Shown: positions 26,224 through 32,000 of the stretch, piece by piece
Numbering within the stretch: the stretch's first letter is position 1
Layout: every line of letters starts with the position of its first letter
NCBI GenBank assembly: GCA_964013565.1
Contig: CAXGWU010000012.1
Location: forward strand, 8,008 to 40,007
Length of the DNA stretch: 32,000 nt
Direction: 5' to 3'
Origin: an uncultured Oligoflexia bacterium
GTDB lineage: Bacteria > Bdellovibrionota > UBA1018 > UBA6935
Made by a program: the position numbers and the translations under genes
The notes under the pieces: generated by a model
Told to the model about the DNA's origin: nothing
The model's input: only the letters and a program-made list of their open reading frames with translations
Database searches by the model: none

Positions 26224-27504
26224 ATGGGTATTCTTTCGTCAATGTATACCGGTGTTACCGGATTAAAAGGTCAAGGTGAGGCTCTAGCGATTTATGGTGA
26301 TAATATTGCCAACGCTAATACCGTCGGATTTAAAACAAGTCGACCTGAATTTCAGGATGTCGTAGCTAAGTCTTTAAAAGGGTTGTTGGGTGGAAATCAG
26401 ATTGGGAGAGGGACAAGGCTTGCTTCTGTAAATCCTATATTCTCTCAAGGGTCAATTATTCAAACAGATTCTCCAACAGATTTATCCATTACCGGTGACG
26501 GTTTTTTTGTTGTTGAAGGTATTGATGGACGAAGTTTTACTCGAAACGGAGCTTTTCATTTCGATAAAGAAGGTGCGTTGATTAACTCTGATGGTTTTAG
26601 AATTTTAGGGTTTCAGGCAGATCCTGAAGGAACCATTACTTCACAGTTGGGGCCAATAAAGGTTACTCAATCAGTCATCGATGCAAAAGGTACAAGCAAT
26701 GTAGAACTTCAGATGAATCTTGATTCCCGAGCAGATTCTCGATTGGAATTTAATGCTGAAAGACCAGAGCGAACCTCTCATTTTGCCACCGGTGCAACTA
26801 TTTATGACTCTGCTGGTACACCCCATGTGCTTACTATGTATTTCAATAAGCAAGATGATGGATCATGGGTTTGGAGAGCAATGGCTAGAGGTGAAGAAAT
26901 TCGAGGAGGAGAAGCTGGAAAAATGATTCAGCAAGCAACAGGTCGTCTTGTTTTTGATAGCAATGGAAAGCTTCAAGAATCGACGACGGATGAAAATTCT
27001 TTTAACTTCAAGTCAGGTGGAGAAGGAGAAGTGATTAATTTCTCTTTTGGTAAACCTACTTCAGAAGGTGGGGATGGAGTTCAAACAACTCAATATGGTA
27101 CTGAATCAGAAGCTTATAAGACTGTTCAAGATGGCTATACAGCAGGAACTCTTGGGGGTTTAAGTTTCAGTGATGATGGTACGTTGGCTGCTAATTATAC
27201 AAATGGTGAGATCATCGATATCGCACAAATTGCTCTTGGAAAATTTGAAAATCCAGAAGGACTATTCAAGATGGGGCAAAATAGATTTCGAGAAAGTCGT
27301 TTGTCAGGTCAGGCGACTGTGGGTGCCCCTCAGACTGGGGGGAGAGGTCGAATTACAGCGAAAACGATTGAATCCTCAACTACAGATATTGCGAATGAAT
27401 TCATTAACTTAATGAATGCTCAGAGGAACTTCCAAGCAAATAGTCGTGTAATTAGCGTGGCTGATGAAATGATGCAAGAAGTTCTTAATATGAAACGAGG
27501 CTAG
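26224..27504 (+). CDS. flgE: Flagellar hook protein FlgE
   Basis: MGILSSMYTGVTGLKGQGEALAIYGDNIANANTVGFK; C-terminal FINLMNAQRNFQANSRVISVADEMMQEVLNMKR. Confidence 0.97.
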   Translation: MGILSSMYTGVTGLKGQGEALAIYGDNIANANTVGFKTSRPEFQDVVAKSLKGLLGGNQIGRGTRLASVNPIFSQGSIIQTDSPTDLSITGDGFFVVEGIDGRSFTRNGAFHFDKEGALINSDGFRILGFQADPEGTITSQLGPIKVTQSVIDAKGTSNVELQMNLDSRADSRLEFNAERPERTSHFATGATIYDSAGTPHVLTMYFNKQDDGSWVWRAMARGEEIRGGEAGKMIQQATGRLVFDSNGKLQESTTDENSFNFKSGGEGEVINFSFGKPTSEGGDGVQTTQYGTESEAYKTVQDGYTAGTLGGLSFSDDGTLAANYTNGEIIDIAQIALGKFENPEGLFKMGQNRFRESRLSGQATVGAPQTGGRGRITAKTIESSTTDIANEFINLMNAQRNFQANSRVISVADEMMQEVLNMKRG

Positions 27505-27516
27505 TTCGAAGGTTAA

Positions 27517-27548
27517 GGGGAGTCAAAAAATAGACTCCCCTGCCTTTT
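27517..27548 (+). terminator. Intrinsic terminator after flgE
   Basis: Perfect 8-bp stem GGGGAGTC(27517-27524)-aaaaaata-GACTCCCC(27533-27540), then TGCCTTTT. Confidence 0.7.
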
Positions 27549-27668
27549 CCTAATCGTCGTTTTTTTGCCAAATAGGTATTAATTGCCGTCTTGTTCTTCT
27601 TCTTAATGGAAGGCAAAATAGTCTTAGGGAAAAGAATATTTTCTTTAGATTATTGAGGTGATTAAGTA

Positions 27669-28247
27669 ATGGCAGATGAAGGAAAAGAGCAACAAGGCGC
27701 TGAGAGTGAAGAAGTTGAGTCATCTGGTGGTGGCAAAGTTCTAGTAATCTTAACCGCATTAAATTTAGTGGTGACCCTTGGTATTGTTGGGGTCCTTTTT
27801 TATTCATTCCAAAAAGAATCTGCAACTCCTGAAATTTCAGATATTCAAGAAGGTGAGTCCGGACATTCAAGTGGTGCTGAAGAGCATGCTGATAATGAAA
27901 AGGGTGAACCTAAAGGAACTCAGACTGGTCATAAGTTTGGGAAAATGATTCAGTTAGAACAGTTTACTGTTAATCTCGCCACAATTGGAAGTTCTGCACC
28001 AAAATATGCAAGAGTTAAAATTTCTCTTGAAGTTCCAGCGGACGATGCTGAAATCGAAGTTACTCAAAAAATGCCTCAAGTTAGAAATACCATAATAGAT
28101 CTATTTAATAGTAAGAGACCTTCTGATTTAGCCAATGCTGAAGGTCGAAATTTTTTAAAGGATGAAATTAAAAACTCAATTAATAGTTTTTTAGTTACAG
28201 GTAAAGTTACAGGAGTGTTCTTCACGAATTTTGCACTAAGTAGTTAA
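27669..28247 (+). CDS. fliL: Flagellar basal body-associated protein FliL
   Basis: Single TM, then LEQFTVNLA...YARVKISLEV...VRNTIIDLFNSKRPSDLANAEGRNFLKDEIKNSIN. Confidence 0.93.
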   Translation: MADEGKEQQGAESEEVESSGGGKVLVILTALNLVVTLGIVGVLFYSFQKESATPEISDIQEGESGHSSGAEEHADNEKGEPKGTQTGHKFGKMIQLEQFTVNLATIGSSAPKYARVKISLEVPADDAEIEVTQKMPQVRNTIIDLFNSKRPSDLANAEGRNFLKDEIKNSINSFLVTGKVTGVFFTNFALSS

Positions 28248-28296
28248 GAGTCTTAAAGACAAGGATAGTCTTTAGAATAGCTAGGATGGCGGTATT

Positions 28297-29319
28297 ATGA
28301 ATCAGGTATTATCACAATCAGAAGTAGATGCTCTACTGAGCGCAGTATCCGATGGATCCGAAGATGGGGATATTGGCGAGGCTGGTTCGCTTGGAGATTT
28401 AGATTCGAGTGACTTCTCAGAGTCAGATTTATTAGAAGAATCAGAAGTTACTCCTTATGATTTAACAAATCAAGACAGAGTAATTCGTGGCCGAATGCCT
28501 ACTCTTGATATTATTTATGAGAGATTTATTAGACTCTTTAGAATGAGTCTGTCTAACTCTCTCAGAAAAATTGCTTCAATCAGTATTATTTCTACAGATT
28601 TATTAAAGTTTGGTGAATTCGTAAATACTCTACCTATTCCTAGTTGTATGGCTATCATGAGATTTGAGTCTTTAAGAGGTCCTGCGCTTTTAGTATTCGA
28701 ATCTAAATTGGCTTATGCTCTTGTGGATAGCTATTTCGGTGGAACTGATCGTCCGTTTACTAAAATTGAAGGCAAAGAATTTACTCGAATTGAATTATCT
28801 ATCATGAATAAAGTAATGGAGCTTGCGATAGATGATTTAGAAGAAGCTTGGGCTCCTGTACATAAAGTAAATATCTCATATGTACGTACAGAAGTGAATC
28901 CACAGTTTGTAGGGGTTGTTCCTCCTTCGGATGTAATTATTTCAACTACTTTTGAAGTCGAATTAGAAAATGCGAGTGGAACAATTGCTCTTGTAATTCC
29001 TTACTCAACCATTGAGCCAATTAAAAATAAATTAAATTCTTCCTTTCAAACAGAATCAGAAAGAGTTGATAAAGAATGGACTGCGATGATGGAGGAGCAC
29101 CTCAGAGGTGCCGAAGCAGAAGTTTCTGTAAATTTGGGAACAGCTGAAATTACAGTAGGAGATTTAGTGAATTTAAATATCGGAGACATAATTCCTCTTA
29201 CTCAAGATTCTGATGGAGAACTGGAACTTATCGTAGAAGGAGCAGGAAAGTATAAATGCTTTTTTGGCATTTCCAGAGGTAATAGAGCCGTTCAAATTAC
29301 AAGGAAAGTAGAAGAATAG
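28297..29319 (+). CDS. fliM: Flagellar motor switch protein FliM
   Basis: VLSQSEVDALLSAV, FGGTDRPFTKIEGKEFTRIELSIM, C-terminal SpoA domain. Confidence 0.98.
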   Translation: MNQVLSQSEVDALLSAVSDGSEDGDIGEAGSLGDLDSSDFSESDLLEESEVTPYDLTNQDRVIRGRMPTLDIIYERFIRLFRMSLSNSLRKIASISIISTDLLKFGEFVNTLPIPSCMAIMRFESLRGPALLVFESKLAYALVDSYFGGTDRPFTKIEGKEFTRIELSIMNKVMELAIDDLEEAWAPVHKVNISYVRTEVNPQFVGVVPPSDVIISTTFEVELENASGTIALVIPYSTIEPIKNKLNSSFQTESERVDKEWTAMMEEHLRGAEAEVSVNLGTAEITVGDLVNLNIGDIIPLTQDSDGELELIVEGAGKYKCFFGISRGNRAVQITRKVEE

Positions 29320-29332
29320 TAAAAAGGAGAAA

Positions 29333-29740
29333 ATGATGATGATGAACGAAGGTGCAATAGACGAACAAGGATTAGATGATATTGGAGCTGCAATTGAAGC
29401 AGAGGAAGCAGGGACTCCTCAGGCTGCTGCAAATGAAAAAAATAAAAATTCAGACTCGGAAGAAGAAAATAGTGCTCCCATACAGTCATTAGATTTTATT
29501 TTAGATATTCCATTAAAAGTCACTGTGGAGCTTGGTAGATCAAAAATGGCTATAAGAGAAATACTACAATTAGCTCAAGGTTCTGTAGTGGAACTTTCAA
29601 AGTTTGCTGGGGAACCATTAGAGGTTTTAGTAAATGAAAAGTTAGTTGCTCGAGGAGAAGTTGTAGTTGTAAATGAAAAATTTGGCGTAAGATTGACAGA
29701 TATTATTTCGCCAGTGGAAAGAATTGAACAACTTAAATAA
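29333..29740 (+). CDS. fliN: Flagellar motor switch protein FliN
   Basis: LDFILDIPLKVTVELGRSKMAIREILQLAQGSVVELSKFAGEPLEVLVNEKLVARGEVVVVNEKFGVRLTDI. Confidence 0.97.
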   Translation: MMMMNEGAIDEQGLDDIGAAIEAEEAGTPQAAANEKNKNSDSEEENSAPIQSLDFILDIPLKVTVELGRSKMAIREILQLAQGSVVELSKFAGEPLEVLVNEKLVARGEVVVVNEKFGVRLTDIISPVERIEQLK

Positions 29741-29759
29741 AACCATGAGGGTTTGGTGT

Positions 29760-30806
29760 GTGAATAAAAAAACATGGATTGTTATATTTTTATTGTGTCT
29801 TTGTGAGTCTGCTTTTGCGGTTACTAATCTTAAGGATCTTAGAGTAGGCAAAGATGGTTATGTTCATTTGTCTTTTGATAAAAAGCTTTCAGAATCACAA
29901 ATAAAAATAGATACTTTAAGAGATATCGTACAGTTTAGTATTAAAAATGCGACAGTGTATCCGGCTAAAATATTTTCAGTGGACCAAAAAAGCTTAAAAA
30001 AAGTGTTTGCGTATCAATATACTCCAAATGTAATTCGCTGTCGTCTTACTGTTCCTGGGGATTCGAATGACTTTAAAAATAATTTTTCACTGTCTAAAGA
30101 TAGAAAAACACTGACTTTAAAGGTTTCTACCATTGTTAAAAAGGATGAAAAACCTAAAACTCAATCGATTCAAGTATCTCAATCTAAAGCCAGTAATGTT
30201 CAGGAAGCATCTACTTCTGAAAAAGAATTATTAAAAAAATTAATTGAAAATGAAAATGAGAAGCCTTTGTTTTCAGATAAAAGTTCTAATGAAAGAACTA
30301 ATAAAAAGTCTTCAGATGGTTTTTTTGATGGATTTAGTTTTATTGGATTTCTATTTTTACTTTTTATTTTTGGATCCTTTTTATTTAGAAGAAAGATGTT
30401 GGGAAGTTCAAGTAAAGAAGAAAAAAAGAGCTTCTTTTCTGGTTTATTTAAAAAAATGAAAAATGGTGGATTTGCAGGTTCAGATAATATCAAGTTAATA
30501 GAAAAAGTTTTTATTGAACAAAAAAAAGCAATTTCAATTATAGAAATTTATGGAAAGAAATATGCAATAGGAATAACAGATGAAAATCTTTCTCTTATTG
30601 GAATTATTGAAGATGATGCCAATACGTTATTAAATGAAGATGATGAATTTAATAGTCTATTAAATGAAGAATTCTCCAGGCCGACGATATCATCTCCAGT
30701 GGTAAAAAATGAAATGGCTTCTAATCAGATTTCACCTAATCTAGATACGCAATCTAGCGTAAGAGAGCGTATTAAAAAGAGACTTGAAGGATTGAAAGAA
30801 ATATGA
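29760..30806 (+). CDS. fliO: FliO-like protein with large N-terminal extracytoplasmic AMIN-like domain
   Basis: Position between fliN and fliP. GTG start at 29760 with GAGGG upstream gives a clean signal peptide (NKKTWIVIFLLCLCESAFA); single TM after about 200 aa, then KLIEKVFIEQKKAISIIEIYGKKYAIGI. Confidence 0.8.
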   Translation: MNKKTWIVIFLLCLCESAFAVTNLKDLRVGKDGYVHLSFDKKLSESQIKIDTLRDIVQFSIKNATVYPAKIFSVDQKSLKKVFAYQYTPNVIRCRLTVPGDSNDFKNNFSLSKDRKTLTLKVSTIVKKDEKPKTQSIQVSQSKASNVQEASTSEKELLKKLIENENEKPLFSDKSSNERTNKKSSDGFFDGFSFIGFLFLLFIFGSFLFRRKMLGSSSKEEKKSFFSGLFKKMKNGGFAGSDNIKLIEKVFIEQKKAISIIEIYGKKYAIGITDENLSLIGIIEDDANTLLNEDDEFNSLLNEEFSRPTISSPVVKNEMASNQISPNLDTQSSVRERIKKRLEGLKEI

Positions 30807-31582
30807 AGAAATCTTTATTTAAATCTTTCTTTTTTCTATCTTTAGTTTGGTTTTTTTTAGAAAAAACTTCTGTAGCTGCTGGTTACACCCCAGGGACATC
30901 TGGTGTAACTCTTCCATCTCTAAATCTTTCTTTTTCTAACTCTCAAAGTCCTTCAGATGTTGTTTCTGTCTTAAGAATCATTATCTTACTTACTGTCTTG
31001 TCTTTAGCACCTGCGATTTTAATTATGATGACTTCGTTTACTAGAATTGTGGTTGTTTTGAGTTTTTTAAGGCAAAGTTTAGGTACTCAACAAATGCCTC
31101 CAAATCAACTGATAGTGGGCTTGGCTTTGTTTTTGTCTTTTTTTGTAATGGCACCTGTTTGGAATGATATTTCTACAAATGCTCTTCAGCCATTTTTAGA
31201 TGAAAGAATTAGTCAGGATGTAGCCTTTAAGAGAGCAGAGGCTCCTATTCGGCGTTTTATGTTCGCCCAAACAAGAGAAAAAGATCTTGAATTATTTTTA
31301 TCTATGACGACTCAGGTCAAACCAAAAACACGATCGGATGTTCCAACTTATGTTTTAGTTCCGGCATTCGTAATTAGTGAACTTAAAACCGCATTTCAAA
31401 TTGGTTTTATGCTTTATTTACCTTTCTTGGTTTTAGATATGGTGGTTGCCAGCGTTTTAATGGCAATGGGAATGATGATGTTGCCTCCTATGATGATTTC
31501 TCTTCCTTTTAAAATTTTACTTTTTGTTCTCGTTGATGGGTGGGAATTGATTGTAGGGAGTCTAGTCAAGAGCTTTAGTTAG
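30803..31582 (+). CDS. fliP: Flagellar export protein FliP
   Basis: MTSFTRIVVVLSFLRQSLGTQQMPPNQ, FQIGFMLYLPFLVLDMVVASVLMAMGMMMLPP. Confidence 0.98.
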   Translation: MKKSLFKSFFFLSLVWFFLEKTSVAAGYTPGTSGVTLPSLNLSFSNSQSPSDVVSVLRIIILLTVLSLAPAILIMMTSFTRIVVVLSFLRQSLGTQQMPPNQLIVGLALFLSFFVMAPVWNDISTNALQPFLDERISQDVAFKRAEAPIRRFMFAQTREKDLELFLSMTTQVKPKTRSDVPTYVLVPAFVISELKTAFQIGFMLYLPFLVLDMVVASVLMAMGMMMLPPMMISLPFKILLFVLVDGWELIVGSLVKSFS

Positions 31583-31593
31583 AGGTAAATAAT

Positions 31594-31863
31594 ATGGATG
31601 AATCTGCAGTAATTGAAATTGGAACTCAGGCTATTAAGATCATTGCTTCTCTTGCTGGGCCAATGTTGATTGCAGCAATGTTAGTGGGTATTGCAGTGAG
31701 TGTAATGCAAGCAATAACTCAGATTAATGAAGCTACTCTAACTTTTATTCCTAAAATGATTGCAGTAATTGTTGTTTTAGCTGTTATGGCTCCTTGGATG
31801 CTTGAAACTATTCAAGAATATACAATAATGATATTTACAAATATGGAGCTATGGAAAAAGTAA
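31594..31863 (+). CDS. fliQ: Flagellar export protein FliQ
   Basis: 89 aa: AMLVGIAVSVMQAITQINEATLTFIPKM. Confidence 0.97.
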   Translation: MDESAVIEIGTQAIKIIASLAGPMLIAAMLVGIAVSVMQAITQINEATLTFIPKMIAVIVVLAVMAPWMLETIQEYTIMIFTNMELWKK

Positions 31864-32000
31864 ATGGGTCTTTTTGATTTTTCAGAACCAGAATTTTTAA
31901 CTTTTTTTGCTGTTCTTGTAAGAATTAGTATAATTACTTCTGTTTTTCCTGTTCTTGGTGAAAAAGTTATTCCGGTTCCACTTAAAATACTACTTTCTCT
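31864..32000 (+). CDS. fliR: Flagellar export protein FliR (5' end only, truncated by window edge)
   Basis: ATG directly after the fliQ stop: MGLFDFSEPEFLTFFAVLVRISIITSVFPVLGEKVIPVPLKILLS... Confidence 0.85.
   Translation, partial: MGLFDFSEPEFLTFFAVLVRISIITSVFPVLGEKVIPVPLKILLS

Noticed and set aside
1-32000. CRISPR arrays, transposases, integrases, toxin-antitoxin or defence genes
   Set aside because: I found no repeat-spacer pattern or recognisable mobile/defence protein signature in the supplied ORFs.

Overview
This appears to be a contiguous chromosomal window from a low-GC bacterium, probably Bdellovibrionota-like (inferred from gene content and order). I see no mobile element, CRISPR array, rRNA or tRNA. 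Left part: a small DUF4911-like protein, TldD, a Tad/T2SS-F-like membrane protein, a convergent secretin and compact CpaF-like ATPase pair, a 41-aa basic protein missing from the supplied ORF track, MetK, and a small membrane protein. Next come a structured non-coding stretch and a sigma54-type AAA+ regulator whose GAFTGA loop reads GSMPGS, then a minus-strand Mla-type cassette (MlaD/MlaF/MlaE-like plus lipoprotein). Right half: a large secreted TPR protein overlapping a receiver-less sigma54 activator, followed by flgB-flgC-fliE-fliF-fliG-fliH-fliI-fliJ-motE-like-fliK-flgD-flg_new-flgE-fliL-fliM-fliN-fliO-fliP-fliQ-fliR (partial). The best candidates for novelty are the four-hairpin structured region at about 7479-7658, the GAFTGA-less regulator behind it, an inverted repeat interleaved with the flgB promoter, the tiny ORFs beside the Tad-like locus and metK, and a FliO with a large AMIN-like extracytoplasmic domain. 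I see no clear evidence of a wholly new defence or mobile system. All calls come from reading the sequence without database searches.
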